Shown here: piece after piece, positions 1 through 8,097 of the stretch
Layout: each line of letters starts with the position of its first letter
Position numbering within the stretch: position 1 is the stretch's first letter
Assembly: GCA_963701015.1 (NCBI GenBank)
Contig: OY969556.1
Location: forward strand, 4,336,868-4,400,867
DNA: 64,000 nucleotides
Reading direction: 5' to 3'
Source: an uncultured Bacteroidota bacterium
GTDB lineage: Bacteria > Bacteroidota > Bacteroidia > Bacteroidales > DTGW01
Translations under genes and position numbers: made by a program
Notes under the pieces: generated by a model
Databases searched by the model: none
Seen by the model: the letters and a program-made list of their open reading frames with translations, nothing else
Told to the model about the DNA's origin: nothing

Positions 1-360
1 TTGACTTACATTTATCCCATACTTTTATTACATTATAATATTTATAATACATTCGGATTAAATTATATAATCAATACATGGTTTCTGGATGCACTTAAAA
101 AATTAAATGAAGAAGGAGTTAATATTGAAAAAGTACGAAATCTAGTAATTATTGATATTAATACATTTATTTTATTTCATGAACGTTTTCAGAATAGAAG
201 CATTCAACTTGAAATGTTAATTAATGATTATAATGAAAAAGCAAAGACTGATCTTTCATTCACCTCTTTTTCAACATATGCAAGTTCATATATAATAAAG
301 AGGATACCCAAGTTTGTTCCAAAATTATTTTCTGATTTAGGAACCAACTTATTTAAATAA
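1..360 (+). CDS. hypothetical protein, C-terminal fragment (5' end outside window)
   Basis: The frame is open from the window edge to TAA at 358-360. I recognise no motif. Coding status is uncertain in AT-rich DNA. Confidence 0.3.
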   Translation: MTYIYPILLLHYNIYNTFGLNYIINTWFLDALKKLNEEGVNIEKVRNLVIIDINTFILFHERFQNRSIQLEMLINDYNEKAKTDLSFTSFSTYASSYIIKRIPKFVPKLFSDLGTNLFK

Positions 361-538
361 ACATTTTTGTTTGATTTTATAAAAGAGAATAGAAATAATT
401 ACCATGTGCATAACACTGTTTCACACTCAATGCGGGCTATAGCGGTTTGCAAGTTCGGTACTTTTTAATTATATTTGTGTAACTGTATTTATATTGCAAG
501 TAAATCAAACACTGCGATTATCCTCGAACGTTATGCAA

Positions 539-546
539 TATATTTG
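539..546 (+). promoter_or_regulatory. candidate Bacteroidota -7 promoter box (TATATTTG, fits TAnnTTTG)
   Basis: The motif is seen 33 nt upstream of the ATG at 580. No clear -33 TTTG partner. Such motifs occur by chance in AT-rich DNA. Confidence 0.3.
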
Positions 547-579
547 AAAATATTTCAATTTTAATTAAAATATATAATT

Positions 580-1485
580 ATGAAAACATTGATTTCATTT
601 ATACTTGTCTTGAATGTTCATTTTCTATACAGTCAAAATAGATGTGATTATTATTGTTTAAATTTTAAGGATACACTTTGTTCTAATCATTTAATTATTG
701 ATACAGCTATAAATAATATATGGCAGATTGGTCGATCTCAAAAGCCTTTATTTAAAGACACACTAACTAATAATCCTGTTCTAATAACTGATACAATTAA
801 TCCATATCCAATAAAAAATAAATCAGTTTTTACAATAAAAAATCTCGCATCAATGGGCGATATTTATGGGCTTAAAATGATTTCAGGTGGTTATTATGTT
901 CAAACAGATTCATTACATGATTATGGAAAAATTGAATTTTCACCAAATAATGGATTGTCTTGGATAGATATAATAAATGATACATTGTATAATTCAAGTT
1001 TCAGCTGGTATTCTTCTAAACCTGTATTGACAGGTAGGTCTTTTGGTTGGAAATATTTTGATTTTTCATTAGCTGATAATCGATCGGTTTTTAATATTAA
1101 ATTAGGAGATACGCTCTTATTTAGATTTACATTCATAAGCGATAGCATATTTGACAACTTAGGTGGACTAATGTTCAAGGGTATATGTTTTGACGATTTC
1201 GTTGAAGGTGTTTCAGATACCCATTTCAAACCTATGATATCACAATTATATCCTAATCCAAATAATGGACTTTTTACAATAGCGTTTGCTAATCCATTAT
1301 TTGAGACATTTCAATTATCAATATACGATTTGCATAGTAGATTAATTTATAGTAAAGATGGAATAAAAGATTCCAAAGTGATTATTGATTCTCAACAATT
1401 TAATTCAGGTACTTTCATTTATAAACTGACCTGTTTAAAAGCTCAAAAAAGAAGTTGGGGGAAAATTGTTATTTCTAAATATTAA
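580..1485 (+). CDS. secreted protein of unknown function with T9SS C-terminal sorting domain
   Basis: Signal-like N-terminus MKTLISFILVLNVHFLYSQ. The last ~80 aa (LYPNPNNGLFTIAF...GTFIYKL...) fit the Por_Secre_tail (type A CTD) pattern. Confidence 0.7.
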   Translation: MKTLISFILVLNVHFLYSQNRCDYYCLNFKDTLCSNHLIIDTAINNIWQIGRSQKPLFKDTLTNNPVLITDTINPYPIKNKSVFTIKNLASMGDIYGLKMISGGYYVQTDSLHDYGKIEFSPNNGLSWIDIINDTLYNSSFSWYSSKPVLTGRSFGWKYFDFSLADNRSVFNIKLGDTLLFRFTFISDSIFDNLGGLMFKGICFDDFVEGVSDTHFKPMISQLYPNPNNGLFTIAFANPLFETFQLSIYDLHSRLIYSKDGIKDSKVIIDSQQFNSGTFIYKLTCLKAQKRSWGKIVISKY

Positions 1486-1562
1486 TATGAATACAGTGCA
1501 CAACACTTTCTGGTTGTGATTTTCCTTCAAATTTCAAAAATATAAGTGAAAAGAGTTTAATA

Positions 1563-2513
1563 TTACAAACCAACAGATTTGATGATATTTTTCAAAGTAT
1601 TAGCCGAATGCATAAATAACTCCATCTCTTGATCCGATAATTCGAGTTTAAGGTATTGATCGACACCCTTAATATTAACTACTGATGGAATACTGATACA
1701 TACATCGTTTAGTCCATAATAATCAGTAATTAGCGTAGAAACCGGCAAAATGGAACTTTCATTACGTAAAATGGACCTGGATATTTTGACCAATGCCAGT
1801 GCAATTGAGTAATTTGTAGCTCCTTTAGCTTGAATAATATGGTAAGCAGCATTTTTAACATTAAGGAATATTTCTGCCAGCTCATTTTTTGCGTTACCAA
1901 GCCCAGCATAGTCAGAACAATACTTTTCAATTGCCAGGCCTCCAATAGTTGCGTTACTCCATAAGGGCAGTTCAGTATCGCCATGTTCGCCAATAATATA
2001 TGCGTGTATATTGGAAGGGTCCACTTTACAATATTCGCTAATCATGTACTTTAATCTTGCTGTATCCAAAACTGTTCCTGAGCCTATTACCCTGTTTGCT
2101 GGTAAACCAGATAATTTGAGCGTTGCATAAGTTAGAATATCTACCGGGTTCGTAACTACCAATAGAATTGCATTTCCCGCATGTTTTGAAATGGCAGGTA
2201 TTATATCTTTAAAAATTTCTACATTAGTTCGAACTAAATCTATTCTGGTCTGTCCCGGCTTTTGGTTAGCACCAGCCGTAATTACAACAATATCGGCATC
2301 TTCACAGCTCTCAAAACCTGCTGCATAAATTTTAGTTGGATGTGAAAGACTAGCGCCATGATTTAAATCCATGCACTCGCCTTTAGCCAGCTGATCGTTT
2401 TTATCAATTAAAACAATTTCACGGGCTAAACCACTAATCATTAAAGAAAATGCAAAAGTGCTGCCAACCCGGCCTGCTCCTACAATAGCAATTTTAGGTT
2501 TTAATGATTCCAT
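1563..2513 (-). CDS. ldh: L-lactate dehydrogenase
   Basis: Rossmann motif IAIVGAGRVGS. GANQKPGQTRIDL has Gln at the LDH/MDH discriminating position. VLDTAR and IGEHGDTE supply the catalytic Arg and His. Confidence 0.9.
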   Translation of the reverse strand: MESLKPKIAIVGAGRVGSTFAFSLMISGLAREIVLIDKNDQLAKGECMDLNHGASLSHPTKIYAAGFESCEDADIVVITAGANQKPGQTRIDLVRTNVEIFKDIIPAISKHAGNAILLVVTNPVDILTYATLKLSGLPANRVIGSGTVLDTARLKYMISEYCKVDPSNIHAYIIGEHGDTELPLWSNATIGGLAIEKYCSDYAGLGNAKNELAEIFLNVKNAAYHIIQAKGATNYSIALALVKISRSILRNESSILPVSTLITDYYGLNDVCISIPSVVNIKGVDQYLKLELSDQEMELFMHSANTLKNIIKSVGL

Positions 2514-2952
2514 AAATATATTTGTTTAAATATTGTTTACTAATACACTTGTTAAATTAACAATAATATGTATCCGTAAATATTACAAAATTATAATTGA
2601 AATTTGCATAATTCACACAATTATTGATTAAAGAATTTTTTTACAAATTATTATCAGAAAATAACACTAATGATATATTTAGGATTTATATAAGCCAATG
2701 ATAATTAAAGAGTGAATTAAATTTAATTTGTGAAAATAGCATAAATTTGAACAATTAATTTATATAATATGAATTAAGCAATTCATAGAATTAATTGTGT
2801 AAACTATTAACAACAGGTGAAACTTATTTTTAAGTTTATATATTTCCTGGAAAACTTATAAAAAAGGCAATGAATTGTTATTGGAATGAAGGGATAGGGG
2901 AATTTAAAGCTAATATTGAAACTCAAAATGCTGAATAAAAAACTTTGTGTTT

Positions 2953-3588
2953 ATGAACCAAATAAATAATATGGGAAATATATGGAGTTATTCATTAACA
3001 GTATTTTTGGCATTTTTTGCTATAATGAACCCTATTGTTAATATTCCAATATTTGTTAAGTTAACTGAAGGTCTTGACAAAAAGAAAAAGAAGGAAATTT
3101 CAAAAACAGCTAATATAGTTGCCTTTATTATAGTTCTGGCTTTTATTTTAATAGGCAAATATATTTTCGAAATATTCGGTCTAACCATTCCTGCATTTAA
3201 AATATTTGGTGGAGTTTTAATTTTCATTATTGGTTTTGAGATGCTTCAATCAAAAAAATCAAGCATTCAACTTGAAGAAAAAAAAACTTACGACGAAGGC
3301 ATTACAATATCCCCATTAGCTATTCCTATATTGGCTGGTCCTGGAACTATTGTTACAGCAATGAACTTTGTTGTTAAAGCAAATATTTTTCATGTTTTAT
3401 TAACTATAATAATCTTTGCCTTCATTGTATTACTAACATATTTTGCATTTTTGTATAGTACCTATATAGTTAAAATTGTAGGAGAAAAAAACTTTGTAAT
3501 CATTGGAAAAATAATGGGCCTTATATTAGGTGTTATAGGAGCAAATATGTTAATTCAAGGAATAAAATTAGCATTTAATATAAGCTAA
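2953..3588 (+). CDS. MarC family (UPF0056) integral membrane protein
   Basis: About 210 aa and multi-TM. The N-terminal FFAIMNPIVNIPIFV motif is typical of the MarC family. The ATG at 2953 is preferred over the GTG at 2947. Confidence 0.8.
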   Translation: MNQINNMGNIWSYSLTVFLAFFAIMNPIVNIPIFVKLTEGLDKKKKKEISKTANIVAFIIVLAFILIGKYIFEIFGLTIPAFKIFGGVLIFIIGFEMLQSKKSSIQLEEKKTYDEGITISPLAIPILAGPGTIVTAMNFVVKANIFHVLLTIIIFAFIVLLTYFAFLYSTYIVKIVGEKNFVIIGKIMGLILGVIGANMLIQGIKLAFNIS

Positions 3589-3605
3589 ACAATAAGTTTG
3601 AATCA

Positions 3606-3648
3606 GAAAATAGTATAGCATATCCTTTTGTTAAAATATACTATTTTC
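3606..3648 (+). terminator. hairpin downstream of the MarC gene (12-bp perfect stem)
   Basis: gaaaatagtata (3606-3617) pairs with tatactattttc (3637-3648) around a 19-nt loop. The stem is AT-rich and the downstream T tract is weak. Confidence 0.5.
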
Positions 3649-3718
3649 AAATCATTAAAATCATTTTTCGAATTCTAACATCCTCCTAAAATTTTGCTTT
3701 ATATCATAGATAGTTGAT

Positions 3719-4090
3719 TTGATAAGCATTCCAAAATTGCAAACAAAAGCAAACAAATATTGTTTAAGCTTTAATTTAATATTTCAAATTACAACAAAAG
3801 CAATAAATAACCTACGTGTTGGGGGTAACTTTAACTATAGAATGGAAGCGAAAGATGGTTCTATGGGTTTTGATTTTGAAGGCAAATACGAAAGTGTAAT
3901 TTTAAATAGCCTAATAAAATATACAATTGCTGATGGTAGAAAAGTTTTTTTGGAATTTACTGGAAATGAAAATGAAACAAAAATAGTTGAGGTCTTTGAT
4001 GCTGAAAATATTTTCCCTATTGAACAACAGCGAAGTGGATGGCAAAATATATTAAATAACTTTAAGAAATATGCCGAGAATGAAAATTAA
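3719..4090 (+). CDS. SRPBCC/AHSA1 (START-like) domain protein, apparently 5'-truncated
   Basis: The C-terminal ~95 aa (NLRVGGNFNYRMEAKDGSMGFDFEGKYE...GWQNILNNFKKYAE) match the AHSA1-like SRPBCC family. The first ~30 aa do not match it. The ORF-track start is TTG; an internal ATG lies at 3842. Confidence 0.6.
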   Translation: MISIPKLQTKANKYCLSFNLIFQITTKAINNLRVGGNFNYRMEAKDGSMGFDFEGKYESVILNSLIKYTIADGRKVFLEFTGNENETKIVEVFDAENIFPIEQQRSGWQNILNNFKKYAENEN

Positions 4091-4111
4091 TAATTTAATC
4101 TGATTAATGCT

Positions 4112-4582
4112 ATGACAAATCAAATTGTCCCTTGCTTGTGGTTTGAAAAAGAAGCTGAAGAAGCTGCAAAGTTTTATACTTCAATTTTTAAAGACTCTTC
4201 AATTGAAAAAATTAATTACTACTCAAAAGAGGGTTTTGAAATTCATCATCAAAATGCGGGTACAGTGATGGTAGTGAGTTTCAAAATTAATGGACAATTA
4301 TTTACTGCTTTAAATGGAAGGCCACTTTTTAAGTTTAATGAAGCAATTTCGTTTCAGGTATATTGTGAAACACAGGACGAAATTGATTTATATTGGAACA
4401 AACTTACTGAAGACGGAAACGAAGGGCAATGTGGTTGGTTAAAAGATAAATATGGAATTTCATGGCAAATTGTCCCATCAATATTGCCTGATTTAATTGG
4501 TGATGCAGATAAAGCAGAAAGAGTAACGAATGCTCTATTGAAAATGAATAAATTAAATATAAAACAATTATTGCTTGCCTGA
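4112..4582 (+). CDS. VOC superfamily protein, PhnB-like (3-demethylubiquinone-9 3-methyltransferase-domain family)
   Basis: IVPCLWFEKEAEEAAKFYTSIF at the N-terminus and GQCGWLKDKYGISWQIVP near the C-terminus are hallmark stretches of this family. Confidence 0.8.
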   Translation: MTNQIVPCLWFEKEAEEAAKFYTSIFKDSSIEKINYYSKEGFEIHHQNAGTVMVVSFKINGQLFTALNGRPLFKFNEAISFQVYCETQDEIDLYWNKLTEDGNEGQCGWLKDKYGISWQIVPSILPDLIGDADKAERVTNALLKMNKLNIKQLLLA

Positions 4583-4741
4583 TATATATATAATTTGAAT
4601 AGAATTTAATTATTTAATATATTAAATAATACAAATATATTTTCATAAATCTTAACTATAAAAGCCAAAAATACTGTTGCAACTACGATATAATTAATTA
4701 TAAATTTACTATGAATTCAAAACACTTTAAAATTAACTATT

Positions 4742-5224
4742 ATGAATAAATTCTTACGTTGGGTTGGTTATGCTTCAACTCTTTTTGGAGCAATTTTACT
4801 TATTTGGGCATGTTTTGGTGCAGCCTGCCATAACAATTGTTCAACATCACATAATTCTAAAGCTGCTTGTGTTTGTAAACACCAACCAGCAATGGCTTCA
4901 AGTAATATGAAAGATTCTGCCAGTTGTAAAAAACAACAGGTTTGTAATTCAAAAACTGCTAAAAATGACTCTGCAATGTGCAAGTCACATCCTAAATGTT
5001 GTGGTGCCCAAAAAGATAATTCAGCATGTTGTAATCAAAGTCAGGCTTGCATGAATGGCGGAAATAACAATATGTGTTGGCAAAAACCTTATCAGCCTAA
5101 TTTATTGAGTTTTTCTTTTGGCTTTTTTCTACTGGCAATATCATTATTTATGATTTCGAAAAATTGTTGCTGTTGTTGTAATGATAAATGTTGTGAAACA
5201 AAAGAAACAGACAAAACCGCTTAA
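4742..5224 (+). CDS. cysteine-rich two-TM membrane protein (21 Cys in 160 aa), function unknown
   Basis: Two hydrophobic segments (about residues 8-28 and 119-138) flank a ~90-aa Cys/Lys/Asn/Ser/Gln-rich loop. The C-terminal tail is KNCCCCCNDKCCETKE. I recognise no family. Confidence 0.6.
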   Translation: MNKFLRWVGYASTLFGAILLIWACFGAACHNNCSTSHNSKAACVCKHQPAMASSNMKDSASCKKQQVCNSKTAKNDSAMCKSHPKCCGAQKDNSACCNQSQACMNGGNNNMCWQKPYQPNLLSFSFGFFLLAISLFMISKNCCCCCNDKCCETKETDKTA

Positions 5225-5254
5225 AGTAAATTATAAGCATTATTATATTATATA

Positions 5255-5277
5255 AAGCGCAGTATTTTGCTGCGCTT
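5255..5277 (+). terminator. hairpin after the Cys-rich gene
   Basis: aagcgcag (5255-5262) pairs with ctgcgctt (5270-5277) around a 7-nt loop. It lies 30 nt after the stop codon. Confidence 0.45.
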
Positions 5278-5515
5278 ATATAATTATTCATATTCTTTAT
5301 TTTAAATTTAATGCAATTTCCACTTTAAGTTTTATATTTCTCATATTAATTTGATTGTGTTATATAAATCAGATTTTTTAATGCGAATTTATTTTTTTTA
5401 ACATAATGGTCATGTAAGCCAATTATTATTTGGTCTAATTTTGAACATTTTAGTATTGGAAACATTTTAATTTCAAAGCATCATATTTTCAACAATTGTT
5501 TACAGAGTCATTAAC

Positions 5516-6898
5516 ATGCTTAATAAATTATTTTTTAAAATTTCTAAATTTAGTTTCACTTTCATTTATTTTCTGCTTGTGATTAATTATTTATTAAATG
5601 CACAAACAGTTCCAGATTCCCTGCCTTTAAATATTAGTTTACCACAATGTATATCGTATGCATTGGCAAATCAATCAATAGTAAAACAATCATTGCTTGA
5701 TGAAGAAATTACAAAACGTGAAATAAGAATTTCCTTATCAGGATGGTATCCGCAAGTTGAACTTGATGCCAATATTCAACATTATCTGCAAACTCCAATG
5801 GCTAATTTCCCTGTGGCAAATTATAATAATTTTAACGACCCATTAAAATATCTTACATTTCCATCAACATCAAAGTATGTGTCATCTAGCATCTTTTCGG
5901 CAAATCAAACACTATATAACAGCAATTTGTTATTTGCAGCCAAAGCCTCAAAAGAACTTCGCATTCAATCTACTGAAAATACTGAAAATTCAAAAATTGA
6001 AACTTATATAAATGTTACTAAGGCATTTTTTGATGTATTACTAACCGAGGAACAACTTAATGTGCTAAACGAAGATATTTTACGTTTGCAAAAAAATTAT
6101 AAAGATGCCTATAATTATTATAAAAACGGTCTTACTGATAATATCGACTATCAGCGTGCTGAGATAGCATTAAATAATACTCAGGCTGAAAAAAAATCAA
6201 CAGAGGAAGCTATAAAGGCTAAATATTCTGTTCTAAAACAAGTTATGGGCATTTCTCCTGATAAACAATTTACCGTATTATATGATTCATCAAAATATGA
6301 AAGCGAAATTATAATTGATACAACAAAAAGTTTAGATTTTAACAACCGTATTGAATATAAACTTTTACAAAGTGCATTACAGTTGCAAAGCACTCAAACT
6401 AGCTATTATAGGTGGTCATTTTTACCCACAATTACAGCATTTTATGACTATGACCCAATGTTTCAGAATAACCAATTTTCAGATTTATATAATAAAAATA
6501 ATCCAAGTTCAATGTTTGGATTGAAACTTACTCTTCCGCTATTTCAAGGAATGAGTCGTTTAGAAAACATTAGTAAATCTAAGCTTCAATATCAAAGGTT
6601 GCAGTATGGCATGGATTATTTGAAAAGTGAGATAAACAGTGAATATACTTTGGCTCTTGCATCATATGTGAGTAATATGAATGAACTTAACATTGATAAA
6701 AATAACATTAAAGTTGCAACAAATATTTTCAATACGGTTAAACTTCAGTATGATAAAGGAATTAAAGCATATTTGGAAGTTATTGTATCTGAAACTGATT
6801 TACGGACGGCTGAGCTAAATTATTTAAATACCTTATTTAAAGTGCTAAACAGTAAAATGGATTTGGAAAAAGCTTTGGGAATTATACCAGTAAATTAA
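5516..6898 (+). CDS. TolC family outer membrane efflux protein
   Basis: 460 aa with a signal peptide. It has a two-repeat coiled-coil/beta-barrel character and is the first gene of a TolC-MFP-RND operon. Confidence 0.85.
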   Translation: MLNKLFFKISKFSFTFIYFLLVINYLLNAQTVPDSLPLNISLPQCISYALANQSIVKQSLLDEEITKREIRISLSGWYPQVELDANIQHYLQTPMANFPVANYNNFNDPLKYLTFPSTSKYVSSSIFSANQTLYNSNLLFAAKASKELRIQSTENTENSKIETYINVTKAFFDVLLTEEQLNVLNEDILRLQKNYKDAYNYYKNGLTDNIDYQRAEIALNNTQAEKKSTEEAIKAKYSVLKQVMGISPDKQFTVLYDSSKYESEIIIDTTKSLDFNNRIEYKLLQSALQLQSTQTSYYRWSFLPTITAFYDYDPMFQNNQFSDLYNKNNPSSMFGLKLTLPLFQGMSRLENISKSKLQYQRLQYGMDYLKSEINSEYTLALASYVSNMNELNIDKNNIKVATNIFNTVKLQYDKGIKAYLEVIVSETDLRTAELNYLNTLFKVLNSKMDLEKALGIIPVN

Positions 6899-6940
6899 AA
6901 TAAAATATCAGGATGTTTATAGAAAAATAAAAGTTTTACT

Positions 6941-8065
6941 ATGTATAAAATATCTCATATAATACTATATTTTGCAATAGTTTTAGGAATATTTTCCTGC
7001 AAAGGGAAAAGTGCAAATTTAAAGAAGGACGAAGCTGTAATTCCGGTAACAGTGACTACTGCTAAATTTGCCAATGCAGTTTTTTATAATTCATATCCTG
7101 CAAATATTGTTGCTTTAAAAGAAGTTGAATTACGTGGTCAGGTTACAGGCTATTTAACAGGGATATTTTTTACCGAAGGTAAAGAAGTCCATGCAGGCGA
7201 AAAATTATATGAAATTGATCGTCGAAAATATCAGGCAACATATGATGTAGCCCAGGCCAATGTTAAAATTGCTGAAAGTAACCTTGAAAAAGTGCAGCGC
7301 GATGCTGACAGATATGCTGATCTTGCTAAACAAGATGCCGTGGCAAAACAATTGTATGACAATGCGATGACTGATTTGAAAAATGCCAAACAACAGGTAG
7401 ATGCTGCAAATGCAGAATTGATAAAAGATAAAACCGATTTTGACTATTCATTAATTTATGCACCTTTTGATGGTACAATTGGTTTCTCAAATGTTAAACT
7501 AGGTTCTCTTATTACTTCAGGGCAAACCTTGCTTAACTCCGTTTCATCTGATAATCCTATTGCTGCTGATTTTGAAATTAGTGAAACTGAACTCAGCAGG
7601 TTCGAAAAACTTGAAAATCAAAAATCAATAAAAACAGACAGTACTTTTAGAATTACTCTACCTGATAATTCAATATATCCATATTTTGGAAAAATAAGTG
7701 TTATTGACAGAGCTGTGGATCCTCAAACCGGGTCAATAAAAGTTAGAATTACAATTCCTAACCGTGAACGAATGCTAAAGCCCGGAATGAGTTGTAAAGT
7801 AATGGTTTTGAATGCCAATGCCGGGAAGCAGATTGTTATTCCGTTTAAAGCTGTCTTAGAGCAACTGGGTGAATACTTCGTATTTATAAAAAATGATTCA
7901 ACCGTTAATCAGGTAAAGGTTGCTTTAGGACCGAGGGTTAATACCAATGTAGTAATTATGAGTGGGCTTAATGCAGGAGAAACTATTATTGTTGATGGAA
8001 TTCAACGATTACATGAAGGCTCTATGGTTACTTTAAAAGTTCCTCAAAAAATGCAACATAAATAA
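6941..8065 (+). CDS. efflux RND transporter periplasmic adaptor (MFP) lipoprotein
   Basis: Lipobox LGIFSC. The biotinyl-lipoyl-like stretch GQVTGYLTGIFFTEGKEVHAGEKLYEID, a coiled-coil hairpin and YAPFDGTIG are present. Confidence 0.9.
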   Translation: MYKISHIILYFAIVLGIFSCKGKSANLKKDEAVIPVTVTTAKFANAVFYNSYPANIVALKEVELRGQVTGYLTGIFFTEGKEVHAGEKLYEIDRRKYQATYDVAQANVKIAESNLEKVQRDADRYADLAKQDAVAKQLYDNAMTDLKNAKQQVDAANAELIKDKTDFDYSLIYAPFDGTIGFSNVKLGSLITSGQTLLNSVSSDNPIAADFEISETELSRFEKLENQKSIKTDSTFRITLPDNSIYPYFGKISVIDRAVDPQTGSIKVRITIPNRERMLKPGMSCKVMVLNANAGKQIVIPFKAVLEQLGEYFVFIKNDSTVNQVKVALGPRVNTNVVIMSGLNAGETIIVDGIQRLHEGSMVTLKVPQKMQHK

Positions 8066-8097
8066 TTTATAAATTAATATAACCTGATATAGATTTC

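Noticed and set aside
430-470. tRNA-like start gcgggctatagcgg in the 361-579 spacer
   Set aside because: No T-arm (GGTTCRANYC) is present and no acceptor-stem complement or cloverleaf can be drawn. It is not a tRNA.
2770-2790. 16-bp palindrome tgaattaagcaattca in the ldh-marC divergent region as a CRP/FNR-type operator
   Set aside because: It does not match the known TGTGA-N6-TCACA or TTGAT-N4-ATCAA consensus. It is AT-rich and occurs once, which is insufficient support for a regulatory call.
4609-4630. Perfect 22-nt palindrome attatttaatatattaaataat after the PhnB-like gene as a terminator
   Set aside because: It is composed only of A and T, so the predicted stability is negligible. Such palindromes are expected by chance in AT-rich spacers.
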